From assembly GCA_000388065.2 (NCBI GenBank), contig KB932203.1: a stretch of DNA of 64,000 bases. One strand, written 5' to 3'. This document shows positions 35,589 through 48,883 of the stretch, one piece after another; within the stretch, counting starts at the first letter, position 1, and each line of letters opens with the position of its first letter. Source of the DNA: Fonticula alba ATCC 38817 (lineage: Eukaryota > Protista > Nucleariida). Below the pieces are notes generated by a model. That model made no database searches. It was not told where the DNA came from and was given only the letters and a program-made list of their open reading frames with translations. The position numbers were made by a program, and so were the translations under genes.

Positions 35589-38500
35589 ATGATGGAGTAC
35601 AGCCGGCCTCGCCGCCGGCCACCGGCCACCACGGAGGGCGCACTCCCTTCCCATCCGCCCCCACCTTCGAACAGTGATCTTTATGTCGGGCGCCTGACGC
35701 CGCCCAGCGGAGCACACCCAGGGGCGCTGGGGTTTCTGATGTCAGCGGCGTCTGACGAGTCGACTGCCGCCACCGCCTCCAGCCCGCCAGCCTCCTGGCC
35801 CGGGTCTGCATACACCGGGCAACTGACCTCGCCTCTGGCGGTCGCCGTGGCGGCAGCCCCGCAACCGCGGCCGAGCACCGAATCGCCGGCCCTCCTGGCA
35901 CCAGCCGCTCCCGAGGGGCCGGGCAATCCCATTCGCATCCGTGCCCCTTCGGCGCGCGCGCTCATGGGTGCGTCGACATCGGCGGCTGCCGCCTTTGCCG
36001 CCGCCCCGCCGAGCACCAGCTCCGGCTTGGACACCAGCCTGGCGCCCGGGCGCTTCGCCGTTGAGCAACTTTTCGCCCGTGTCATCGCCGAGGCCGAATC
36101 CGCCATCGAGCACCTGTGCCAAGTCACCTTCTCCGTCCGTCAAGTCCCTTGTCGCTCTCTCTTCCCTCCCCCTTCCCCCGCCCCCTGTCCTTCCCTCCGT
36201 TGGTCCTATCCTCCGCCTCCCCCTGAGGACCCGCTCGCTCTGCTGTCTGTCGCGCGCTACACACACACGCGTCCATGCCCCCCCTCCCCTCCCCCCCCTC
36301 GCCCCCCTGCCCTCTGTGCTCACTCGCTCGCTTCCGCTCCTCCCCTGCTCTCCATGTAGGCGGACTTGGTTCGGTCTCGCTGCAAGGTGGGCGCCTTCCC
36401 GCCTTTTGACCTGGCGCTAGCCGCTCTGGGACCCATTGCGCGCCACTTCCTGGCCCCGGTTCTGGACCAGCTGATGGAGTGGTACACCACCAATTGCCCG
36501 TGCGTGCGGTCCCCAGCTGACCGGGCCCCTCCCTCCCTGCCTGTCTCTTTGTTCTGTTCCTCCCCGCCGATCCTGAGATCCCAGCTGTTTTTGTTCGCCC
36601 CCCCCCCCGCCCACTTCCCCCCTCCTGACGGCTTTCCTTTGTCCATCCCATGTAGGCCGCCCTCGGCCGAGGAGTCTCGTTCGCGTGGCGTCAAAATCAA
36701 GTCCAAGAGCGAGCAGGGCCCAGCCCTGCGCTCGGTGCGCCGCTGAGCCGCGCCCTTGCTCCTTCTTCTCCCATTTGCCATGGCACTGACTCTTTCCTCA
36801 CTGCCGGTCCCCTCTTCCCCCCGGTGTTGGTGCAGCTTGTTTTCGATTTCTTTTTCTGCCGCATCGCCTCGGAGATCATCCACCACATTGATGCGGCCCA
36901 GATGTCCCTGCTGATCGAGCTCTCTCGGCCGGCCTTTGGCACCCAGGCCCCCTCGCATGTCAGTGGCCGTGTCCTTCAAGCGCTGGAGGCCTCATCGCAG
37001 GCGCTCACCCGGGTGGAGAACCTGGCCTTCTTGGCCCTGCAGCGGGCGGCCAAAGCCCCGTGCGTCTCTGAGGCCCCCTCCCCCGTGGCCCCACATTCCC
37101 CTCTGACCTTCTCTCGGCCGATGCTTCCGTGTCGGCTTTTTTCCCCTTCATGTTGTTCTGATTTGTCGCCCCCCCCCCCCCTCACACACATACACAAACA
37201 CATACAACCAGCGCGACAAACAGCCCCGAGCCTTTCGCCCAGTTGCTGGGGGCCCTGTCGCGAGTGCACTTCCAGCGTGTGACCGATCGCCTGTTGCAAG
37301 AGCTGAAGACCGTGGCCCCGGTGCCCTCGAGCATGATGTCCTTCTCGCCGCTCAGTGTCAAAGTCAACCCGATGGCCCTTTTTTGGGTCCGGTCAACGAG
37401 TTTTGTGTCAATCCGGGTCCGTTGGTTTCCCGGGCTCTCTCTTCCTTCCGCCCTTCTTCTTCGCGTCCTCCGACGTGAGGATCTCCGCTTGTTTGCTAAC
37501 TCTCCGGATGCCTTCCCCGTGCATGCACCTATCACCTCCCCCCCCCCCCCCCTCCAGACCTATCCCATGAAGCATCTACTGGAATCGGCCGACTTCCTGT
37601 CCACTTGCGGGGAGCTGCTGAAGGTCAGTATCGATGTGGCCCCCTTCACCGAGGCCCTTGCCCGGCTGTTGACCGATCTCCTTGGGCAGGTGTGCAGTTC
37701 GGTGGAGGCCGAAGTCAATGTGCCTGCCTGGTTTAAGTGTATTGAGGCGCTATACAAGAATGCCTCGCGGCTCACCAAAAATCCCCGGCACACGGCTGTG
37801 CGTCCTCCTCTCTCCCTCTCCCCTTCCTCCGGCCGGACGCGCCGGGCTGGCTCTTCTCCGTGCCCCTTCTAACCCCCGCTCCTGTGATTATGCCCCCCCC
37901 CCCCCCCCCGCCTCCTCTCTCTCTCTCTCTCTCTCTTTCCAAAACCGCTTGCATTCTTCTCGACCCTGCCCCAGGTCTCCTTCCCCCTGGCGACGCACCT
38001 CCTGGCCGTGGCCAACCAGGAGCTCCTCAAGGCCAAGTGGGAATCCAATCTGGAAAGCGTGGTCAAGCTCTTTAAAGCACAGCCCGCCGTTCGCAGCGTG
38101 GGCCTCACCTGCTTTGCGCAGCTTCTCTGGATCTTTGTCTTCCGATTCCATCCGCTGAAGCTCCTGTCGCAGAATGGCGAAATGGCCTTCGAGGAGTCCC
38201 GGCTGCAGGCCCTCCTCCGGGTGGTCTTCCCTTCGGAGGAGCCCTCCACCTCGACGCTGCCGGTCTCGGCGTCGGACAAATCCGCCTCCGGGTCCAGTGC
38301 CTCCTCTTCCTCTTCCTCCTCCTCCTCCTCCTCCTCCGGCTCATCCGGGCCACCGTCGGCGGCCGGGCCGGCTGCCAGCGGGTCCGCCACCGCCCCCGTT
38401 CCGGCTCCCTCTTCCTCGGCTCTGGCATCCAACCAAACGATTCTCCCCTCCATCGGGGCGATGATCAACTTCCTGACCTCGCTCGATCGGGCCAAGGCCA

Positions 38501-41500
38501 CCACGGTGACCGTGTGCGCCAGCCTGGCCCTCTCGGCCTTGAATACTTCCCTGGCGCCGGGGCTGTCAATGCTCGGGCTGGCCGTGCACCCGGCGGACAT
38601 TCGCCACGACCAGCTGTCCTACATGCTCTATTTCATCGGGTCTCCCGGGGCCGGGCCCGGTCGCATGGCCTTCACCTTGCGGTATCTGGTCCTGCCCCTG
38701 CTTGGGTGGCCAGATGGTGCGCTCATTTCCTCGGCTGCCGCATTCGCCGTGATGTCCCTGTGCTCGGGACTGGTGGACCCGGGGGCGCTTCTGCTCCGGG
38801 GAGCTTCCGGCCACGACCGGTCATCATCGGCACCCCTTCCCGGGTCGGATCCCGGCCTACGTTCCCCCAGCACCGGAACCCCCCGCGGGCCGTCGAGTCG
38901 AGGGAACTTCTTTTTCACCCCGGCCATCGGGAAGTTTGCGGCGGCCTTCTTGCTGAATCCGCCGAACGAACTTTCCGACTACTCGCTGGAGGGCTTTTCC
39001 CCGGAACGGGTGACGATCGCCATCAATGGTACGGCCTGGGACTCTCGGTGAAATTACACCTCCCCCTCGGCGGGTGTTTCTTGCCTGTGTGGGCTCCTCT
39101 TCTGTGGTCTTCTCTGACGTATGCTTTCTGCCGGATGGTCTGCCCCCCCCCCCCCCCCAATCCTCAAGGCCTGCTGCTTCTCATTGGCGAATTGGACAAC
39201 CTCGGGCCACGCATGGCTCTCATGGGCTCCGGCAGTACCAGCGCCTCGCAGCTTCCGCCCTTCCCATGCTCGACCGGCTGGCAGTTGACGTCGGCCTCAC
39301 CGGCGCACGGGAGCGCCAGCAGTGGCGGTGGTCCGGCTGGCGGCGGCGACCTCCAGTGGGGTGCCGGCGGCGGGGCCGGGAGTAGTGGCAACAATGGCAA
39401 TAGCCTGTTGTTCCCCCATGGCGGCGTCCTGCCCAGCGATTCGGACCCCCTGTTGGCCCGGCGCATTCGTAGCCTGCTGACTCCCTCGGTTGTTGGCGGG
39501 GGCCTGAGCGGCCCGGCCGATGCCGGGCTCTTTGGCGGGCCACTCCGGCGCCCGGAATTGGCGTCCCAGTTTTTTTCCACGCCATTGGCCACGCGGCCGA
39601 CTTCCCCGGCTCCCTTCGGCCGGGCGGGAGTCGGCAGCGCGGCCTCCGGCAGCCCCTTCGCCGAGGCGCAGGCCGATGCGGCCAATCGGCGCCTCACCCT
39701 GCAAGCCAGCGGCGCCGGTGGCCATCCCGGCCTCGGGCCTGGCGCGGCCTTCGGCGGGTCGACCTCCTCCTACACGGCGGACGATCTGCTGGCCGGTATT
39801 GGCCAGGCCCCCAGCCGGCTGGTGTCGGCGTCGCGTTTGCACCGGCAGTCTTCCTTCTGGCTGTATACCGCCTCCATGGCAGCCGTCGGGCGGATTCTCA
39901 TTGCCACCGACTTCGCCATTGGCATCTACTCGCAAACGGTGGCCAAGTACGCCCGAAAGTCCGGGCTCTTCACCATTCCCCGGGAAAAGGTGCATCCCCT
40001 GTGCCGCGAATGTCCGCCCCGCCTGTCCGCTCCTCCGGCTGGCCTAACCTGCTGTTCTTTGTCCCCCCCCCCTCCCCCCCCCCCAATGTCGTGCCTGGCT
40101 GCTTCGCGTTCTCTGAAACACCTCGGACCAGCTTCCCTACATCGAGCTGCTATGTGCCATCCTCCGGGCCATCCCGCGAATCCTTCCGCGCACCTCGCCA
40201 CCGGAGTACCTGCTCACCCTGCTGGCCCACCACTCCCTGCATCTGGATGTCGGGGTGGCGGCCGAGGCGTCCCGAGCCCTGTTGCGCATTTGCAACAGCC
40301 TGCCCAATGCCCGAGTCCAGGTGGTTCGGGCCTTGTCCGATGCCATTGGTCGGATTGGAGGCTCCGGCTTGGACAGCTATGATCCCCGGCATACGGCCAG
40401 CCGCTTGAAAGCCCTTGGCCTGTTTGGCTCGTGCCTGTCGTACATCGGCGAGCCGGATTTGCCGCTGGCCATGGCCGCCTACCAGGCGCCGTCCAGCCAG
40501 GAGCATGGGAGTGCAGCCGCCGGCACCGGTGTCGGTGGTGGCACGGCCAATGTCGGCTCCGATGCCGGGGCTGGGCCTTCAGCAGCAGCAGCAGCAGCAG
40601 CAGCGGCGGCGGCTGCGACGGCGGGGCCCACCGCCGGAGCGCCCTTCCCAGCGTCGGCCAGCAGCAACTACCTGCCGGAAGATATGGTGGAGTTTCTGCT
40701 CTTCGATCTGGGCGACCCGGCTCAGGGGCATCGCGCCCCGCGAGCCCTGGAGGTGGGCCCGGTCCCGACGGAGAAGCGCCACCTGCTGCGCGTGCGCCGG
40801 CAGCGCGCGGTTCCCGAGCAAACCCCGGCCGCCCTGGCCGCCGGTCAGGTGGAGGAAGACGAGCAGCTCATTGGAGCACAGCTGGGATCGCAGTTGGACA
40901 TTTTCGCCCGTGCCGAGCGCCTGTGCGTGCTGCACCTGATGTCTGGAAGTGCTCTGGTGCGGAAGACCGCGCTGGAGCTCCTTGCGCATGTGTCACATGT
41001 GGCCCGGCGGACGGCGCGACACTTTGCCACGGCCGGTGTCCCGCTGCCGGCTTCGCTAGCCACGGCCGGGGTCGGGGTCGATGGGCACCCGGCCGCCGGC
41101 GAGGGCTATCGCCTGTACCATGTGGTGGCGGAGTTTGCCGAGGATGTGCTCCTGCGTTTTGGCCCGTCGCCTGGAGGCGAGTCCGCCACCGGGGGGCTGT
41201 CTTCCGGCATGGGAGGCGGCAGTGGTGGTGGCGGCGGCGGCGGCGGCGGCAGTGGAGGTGGCGGCGGCGGCGGCGGCGGCCCCGCCTGGGCTGGTCCCGG
41301 GCGCCGGGGCAGCTCGGCATCCGGTGGCTCGGGGGCCGAGGATTCCGGCCGGCCCGGGGCCGCGTCACTGTCATCGGCCACCTTCTCCGGTGGCCGAGGC
41401 TCTGCCGGCATGGCCACCGGGTCGGGCGGGGGCTCGGGGATGCGATCCTCCGGGCATGCGCCCTTCAAGAGACGGATGTCGGCGGCCATGGCCGTCTCGA

Positions 41501-43033
41501 CGGCCTTCTCCTCGAGCCCAGCCGATTCGGCCGGCACCTCCATGCGCTCCATCGCCTATTTCAATCCCTTCTTCTGCCGCGGAGCCTCGCCCGGGGGGCC
41601 AGGCCGGGCGGCGGCCACTGCGGCTGCCGTCGCGGGCGGGTCGGCCTCCATGTCGGCCTCGAGCGGCTCGGCCGGGGTGAATTCCCTGCGTCAAACCCAT
41701 TGGAATGTCTACGAAAACATGTCCGATGTGTTGACGAAGAACTTCTTCACGGCATACGACCTGACGCGGCTCCCCTGCTCGGATCAAACGTCGCGCTTGG
41801 TTTTCGGCGGCTTCGAGCCGGTCACCTCGGTGACGTCGCCCTTCCAGTCGCCCCGGTCCTTTGCATCGGGCGGACTGGCGGCCGCCGGCGGTGGCGGCAT
41901 CGGCGGTCCCCTGTCCGAGGATGCTGCACCGGGCGGCGATCCCGTGTCCGGAGGTGGCTCGGGGATGGGCGCCGCGACGATGGCAGCGGCGCCAGCCGGC
42001 GTCACCTCGGCCGGGGCGCGCGCCGGGTCCTCGGACTCGCTGCCGAGCAGCCGGCCGGTCCCCCCCTCGGGGGGCCTGAGTCGCGGTGCCGGGGGTGGGT
42101 CCTTCTCGGGCGTGACGACCGAGCCCATTTCGGGCGGCGCGCGGGTGGTGTGGGGCTCGCCAGCTGGCCGGACTTCCGTGCGGCATTCGAGCTTCCGCCG
42201 GTCTGGCGTGTTCAACATCTACTCGAATGTGCACCGTGGGGTCCCGCTGGCCGGGTCGCCTGCCGACATGGATGATCCGCTGGAACGCCTGCATGCGCTG
42301 GCCGAGGGGGATGGCGTCTTCTGGGCCCCGGTCTTTGCGGAGATCATGCGCCGGGCCGGGTCGCTCAATGGCATCAGCAGTGCCGTGGTGGCATCCTGCT
42401 GGAACCACGCCCGGCAGACCACCGTGCAGCTGCACTCGAGTGTGCTCATCTCGGCCGGCTTGTCGTCGGGTAGCACCCCGAGGTAGGCCGGCTTTCTCTC
42501 CTTTTGCCGCTTTCCTTTTGCCTGTTTGTTTGATTGCCTCCTGACGACCCGCCCTTCGTGGTCCTGCCCTCCTTCCCGATCCTCGTCTTGGCTTCTTTTC
42601 GCCCCGCTGGGCGCAGCTCCTTCTTCTCCATTTCCAAGCCCGAGCCTGGGGCCTGCCCGGAGCAGATCTCCATGTGGCAAAATTATCTCACCTTCGCCTG
42701 TGCCAATGGTATGTGCCGATCGTGTCGCCCCTCCCCCCCCCATCCTCGATCAGTCATTTCTTCCTGCCCCCTTCGGTCCTGACCTGCTTCTCTTGCTTCT
42801 GATCAGTTCCCGCATCGGCACTGTTGTCGATTCCGGTCGGCGAGGGTGAGGGCTCCTCCGGCGGGACGACCAGCGGGTCGGCCTCCGGAAGCACATCGAC
42901 CAAGCGCGGAGCCTCTCAACCGGCGCCACCGTCAGCGCGCCTTCTCTTCCGCGGGGCCCTCACTTTCCTCCGGAGTCCGCCGGTTCAGGCAGCCGAGTTG
43001 GCACATCCGAGTATGGCCAGTGCCGGGGGCACC

Positions 43034-43069
<36 letters not shown>

Positions 43070-43358
43070 AGCGGCAGTAGCCCATTATCTGTTGGTGCAA
43101 GCCCGGCCGGCTCGGTGCCCTCCTCTTCCTCATCCTCCTCCTCGTCGTCCTCCTCGTCTTCCTCTGGCGCGTCGGGAATGGGCCCCCTCGGAGGCACACC
43201 AGGCAGCGGGTCATCCCCCTACCCGACGGGGGCGGCGGTGTCAGCTTCCGGCTCCACGAGTTCTCTGACTTCCTCCGGCGTGTCCCTCTCGCCGGCGGTG
43301 TCCTCCTCATCGATGGTGTCATTGGGGTCCATGTCGCAGACAGCTGTTCCGGTGGCAC

Positions 43359-43390
<32 letters not shown>

Positions 43391-46300
43391 ATGGGTGGCC
43401 CCTTTGCCGGGGGAGACTTCTTTGCCATGCTGTCCGGCGATAGTGCCGGGTTCTCGCCGGGCGTCGGCGAGGGGCTCGTCGCCGGCGGCGGGGCCAGCAT
43501 GCTGCCGCCCGGGTCGGGACTCACGGCCGGGGCGACGCCCGGCCCGGCCGGCCTGGCCCCCGGCGATGGGCCTGTCTTCCCTGGGTCCGGCGGACCATCG
43601 CCCGAGGCGGACTACTTCCTGGCCGGGCTGCACCCATCGGTGGCCGGGCGCCTTCCCTCACCGTCGCCCTTCGCGGCGGCCGTCAGTCGGGCCCTGTCAA
43701 TGGTGCACCCCCGTGGTCATCTGGTTTTGTTGGAGGAGCTCCGGCCCCACCTGCGCAGTGCCTTTGGCGATGATGCGGCCTTCTTTTCGACCGACGAGAC
43801 TGTCAGCGGGCCTGGTGGCGGCCCCGGTGGCGGCCCCGGTGGCGGCCCCGGAGGTGGCTCCGGCAGCGGCCCTGGCGGAGGAATGGGCGGGGGCTCAGGC
43901 ACCGGGGTCGGTGCGGTCCCCGGCGTGCCGAGCCTCAAGCCGCGCTTTGTGTCTTCTTTCCGCATCGAAATTGTCCGCCTCTACTCGATGATCGCCCGGA
44001 GCGTGGCTCTGTCCTCCAACCTCGAGGAGAATGTCCTGAAGCATCTGTCCTCCTTCCTGGGGCTGGTGACGCAGTTTTTCGACAACTTCCACGAGAACTG
44101 CGGCTGGGCCTCGTCGGATGTCTTCAAGATGCGCATCTACTTTGCCATGTTCATCGAGCAGCTGTATCGCCATGTGTCGAGGCTGTCCTTCCTGGCGGAG
44201 CGCTTCTTCTCGCCGCGCATTCGCACCCGGCTCTTCAATCTCATGGAGTCCTGGGCCAACCTGGCCAGTGTCACCGGTGTCTGGTCCGTGTATGCCAACA
44301 ACACCATGAGCACGGTCATCACACGGCTCCGGCGCGAGCGGCACCTGGAAAACGAGAAGTCCCTGGTACGCTGGCTCCTCCCCGCCTGCCCCTGGCCTGG
44401 CCTGGCCTGGCCTGGCCTTGGCTTGCCTTGGTCCTCGTCCCTCTTGCTAACCCTGTCCCCCTTGACTCGGGTTTGTCCTCCCCCCCCCCCTTCCTCGCCT
44501 GTCTTCGCTCTCTGTCTGTCCTTTCCGCTCCTCCCTCCGGGGCCATGTGGTGCTCCTCGATTGGTCGCCCCCCCCCCTTCGGCCTCCCGGCCTCCTCCCT
44601 CTGCTGGCTATTCTCCATCACAGAACCGCCGCGCCCAGATTGTCCAGCTCAAGTTGCTGCTCTGGCACCTGGATCTACAGGCCAACCGGGCCATGGCCTC
44701 GCTGCTGGCTGGCCCGCTGTCTTTCCGCGAGGACATGCTGCACCATGGGGAAACTTATTTCTCGTCCCTCAGCGTCTTCCAGTGGATCAACAAGCTCTTT
44801 TCATATAGCACCAATCTCGATACCGTTTCGCAGCGCATTGATGCTGGCATCCCGGCCACCGTGGCCGACCTGCGCGAGCGGTCCGACATTGCCCGATCGG
44901 CGGTGCGCGCGTTGCTCAACCACTCGAACGATGGCCGGGCCATCCTAGACGCGCTCCTGAACTTCTGGTGCGCGCAAGCCTTGCTGGCGATCGACTCCAG
45001 CCCCCTTCCCCCCCCCCCCCCCCCTTTCCCCCTTTCCCCCTTTCCTTCATGGCATTCCTCTAACCTGGGCTCCGGTCGCTTCCTCCCCCCTCCCCCCCCT
45101 CTCTCTCTCTCTCCATGGCGCGTAGCTACACCACCTGCGACGTGTCCTCGCGCGGCTTCCTGCAGAGCCTGGTCGATGTGTACTCGTCCTCGCGAAATGC
45201 CCTGTCCTTCTTGGTCCCACCTGCTCAGCCGGGGCCTGGCCACCGGCAGCAGCAGCCGCAGCAGCAGCACTCGCCCTTCGCCCCGGGGGCCCTGCCCGAT
45301 GAAGGCTACAACATCCTGCCGCCCTCTGTCGCGCCGCTCCTGACGCTGGCCCTGTTCAAAGCGGTTGACCCGGATCTGGCCGTCCGAAACAATGGTACTC
45401 GCGCAGGCTCTTCGCCCCCGTTCCCCCCCCCCCCCCCACACACCCGCCCGCCCCCCCCTTCGCTGCTCCCTTCTTTGGTGTCCTTTTCATGATGCGGATC
45501 CTCGCTCGGGCCTCCGCCATTCGCTGACACCGTTCCACCCGTCGCCAGCTGTTCAGCTCCTCCAGATCATTGAGGACCGCTTCAATTTGCGCCCCATTGC
45601 ATCGGACTATCGGATCTCCCTGAGCTCGGCCCTGCCGACCGCTTACAAGCAAAGCCAGGCCTCGCTGGCGGCCCGGCTGGCGAGGGACCAGCCCCATCTG
45701 GCGCACGAGCTCCTGGCCGAGGTCCATCGGCGGATTGGCACCATCCCCCGAGGGTCGGCCTCGAGACGGAGCGACCTTCTGACCCTGATCTTCCCCTGGT
45801 TCGGGTATGTGGACCTGCTGGCCGGGGGGCCGGCCCCCCCGCCCCGGCCGGGCTCCGGGCCAACCAGCGCCCCACCCGGGGCCGATCCCCTGCGCCTGGT
45901 CATCCCCACCCAGCATCGTGTCTTCCTCGGTCTGTTGGTGTCGCTCACTTGCCAGTACGATGATGACTTCATCTATGAGGTGGAGCTCCTGTGGTCGCAG
46001 CTGATGACGGCCTTCGGGCACAATGCCCGGGTCCTGGTGCCGACGCTGCTGGACATGCTGGTCCGGCGCCGGCGCCGGCAATTCCGCCGGGCCGTGCAGG
46101 CCGCCAGTGCAGCCGACCAGACGCAGAAGCTCCGCGCGGCGCTGCTACGCCTGCCGGTGAGCTATTGGCTGGCATCCTCCGCCGGGGCGGCAAGTGCGGC
46201 CAGCGGGCCCGGGGGTGCCGGGGCCGGCGGCCTGCCGGCTGGCATCGATTTGTCAGCCCCAGCCGGGCACTCTCGACAGGGGTCCAACTTCCTCGAGCCG

Positions 46301-48846
46301 GACTACCTGTTTGACTTGGCCCTGGCCCAGGATGAGTTTGATGAGGCGGGCTGGGAGCCGGCCACGGGCGGGGGCTTCCGCACGGCCGGCTCCGCGGCCC
46401 GGTCTGCCTCATCCATCCTCGGGGGCCTTGTGGGGAACAGCGCCCCAGCGGCGGCCGAGTTCTCCCCGAAGGACAGCGAGGATGCCGCATTCCTGTCGCA
46501 CTGCAAGAAGATCATTGTCTTTGCCTGTCGGACGACCGCCTGCGAGACCATCCTCCTGGATCTCATTTGGGCGGTGGTGCCGCCCGTGCGGCCGGCCCTC
46601 CCGGCACACCTGTCCCCTCGGAGCATGGAGATGCGGTCGGCCGCTCGACGGGACGCCTTTGCGCTGGTGCTTTTGGTGGATCTGGTCCCGGAACTGCCGG
46701 TGGACTTGTGGCGCCCGCACTTGGTATACCTGTTGCATGCGCTCAGCCTGACCGTCCTGTCGAGCAGCTTCCCGGCCGGGCCACCGGACCAGACGGAACT
46801 TTCGTTCCAGTCGTCCATCTACTTCGGCGGGGCTCCCCTGGGGCTGGGGTTTGATTCGCTCTTCGCCGAGCAGAGCCGGCTGCTGTTGGTGAACCTGGCC
46901 CACTCGCTGCTTTCGGCCGAGGCTGCGGCTCCCGGGTCGCCGGGATTGGCGGCCGTCTCGCCGGCGGCCGGGGCCGGGCCGGGCCCCTTCCCCGGGCGCC
47001 GGGGTGCTGGTCTTGGGCGGTTGGCGCCCCCTGGCGCCGCCACCGCCCGACCCCTGTCGCCCAGCTCGAAGTTCCTCCAACGGCTGAACAATGTGGGCGG
47101 CTTGTTGGCCGCAACGGCTGGGCTGAAATCCGACTCGCGCATCATCCAGGGCGTGGGGCTGATGCCGTTTGCGCGCGCCGTTTGCCCGGAGGTTGCCGCT
47201 GAGTTTGGTCCCTCCGGCAACAGCGGCGGCGGCGGCGGCGGCGGTGGTGGTGGTGGCCCCGGTGCCACTGCCCTTTCCTCGGGTCCCTCCCCATCGGCCC
47301 ACTCGAACCCTGCCAACACCGGTGGGCGTCCGGTGCTGACGGTGACCCTGGCCCTGAGCGGCGCATCGAGTGACAGCTCTCTGGCGTCGGCTGGGTCGCC
47401 GGTTCCCGGGCATCTGGCGCTGCTGCTGCAGGCCGAGCAGTCGGCCATGAGCGAGGCCACGGAGATGGCCTTCGCCGAGGAGACCTCCGGCGGAACCATC
47501 ACCTGGGACCAGGCGCCCGGGTTTTCCGATGGCGCAGTGGCCTCGTGGATCGAGGCCGTGTTGGATGTCTTCACCGAGGACCTCGGGGTGATGGACATCC
47601 GGGAGCAGTGGGCCTCGGTGGCCCTGCACTGGATGGCCTGTTCGCCGTTGCTCCGGCACCGGGTCATTTCGGCGCGCCTGCTCCGGCTCCTTGCGCCGGC
47701 TCCGGCCGTGTCTGTCATCCGCGCGGTGGCGGTTCAGCTGTCCGGGGTCCTGTCCTCGCCGGATTACCCGCCGGCCGGGGGGTTCCCCGCGGCAAAGGGC
47801 GCCCCGGCGTCCGGCGCCTCCACCCGGCCAGGAGGAACCGCGGCCGCGTCTGCTGCAGCCCCCACGGCCGGTGCCCGGTCTGCCCGGAGCGCAGTCCCCC
47901 CGCGGTCACTGGTTCCGGAGGACGCCCTGTCGGGCCCGCCGCCGCCAGCAGGGCCTGCCTTGCCGCCGGGGCCCTTGGCTTCCCTGTCGTCGGCGGTTGA
48001 TGGCGCCGACCCGGCGGGCTTGGACCCGCAGCTGGTCGAGCTGATAGACACCGGGCTCCTGTGCCAGCACCTGGTGGACTCGGGGCTGTATGCGCGCGAG
48101 TTGCTCGGGTATTTGGAGTCCGTGGCATCGGAGCTGGTGTGTCGAGCGGCGGTGCTGCTGTCCGCGCGGCAGCCCCTTCCGGCGGACATTCGCCAGCTGT
48201 TTGCGCCCCTCTTCTGGGTGTTTGTGGCGGTGCTCGAGTCCAATGTGGCGGCCGAGTATATGACCGCCGTGCGGGTGCTCACGCGCCTGGTGCGCATCGC
48301 CGGGTCCGAGCCCGAATCGCTGGTCACGGCCGGCGGCGGCAGCACGCGTGGCACGTCGGTTCAGTCGCCGGACAGCCCGACCCCGCGCGTGGTTGTCGGT
48401 CCCGCTGGCGGCACTGCCACCGGCGGTGGCAGCGGCAGCGGAAATACCCTCAACGAGGCGCCGGGCATGCCGGTCCTCGATGTCGAGGGGCCCGATCATG
48501 ACCCTGGCATGGACTCCGATGATGAGGATGGCACCCGTGCGACCTCGCTGCCGGCTCCGGATTCCGGCCTCATTCGCCTGCTGGTGTCCACGGTCCCGGG
48601 GCATGGGCGGTGGCAGACCTTCGGCGGGTTGCAGCAGCTCCTGCTGAAGGGCGTGGCCCACCCGCTGACCGAGCCGGCCACGGTGGCCCTGTTGGCCGAG
48701 CTGAGCGCCAGACTGCCATCCGACTCGCCGCTGCTGGCGGATGATGACACCAGCGACACGCGCCTGCTCTTTTCCATTCTGGCCGCCGTGCCATACATGT
48801 TCTTCTGGCGCCACGCGGCTGGGGCGGTGCATTCGAGTGCGGCGGC

Positions 48847-48883
<37 letters not shown>
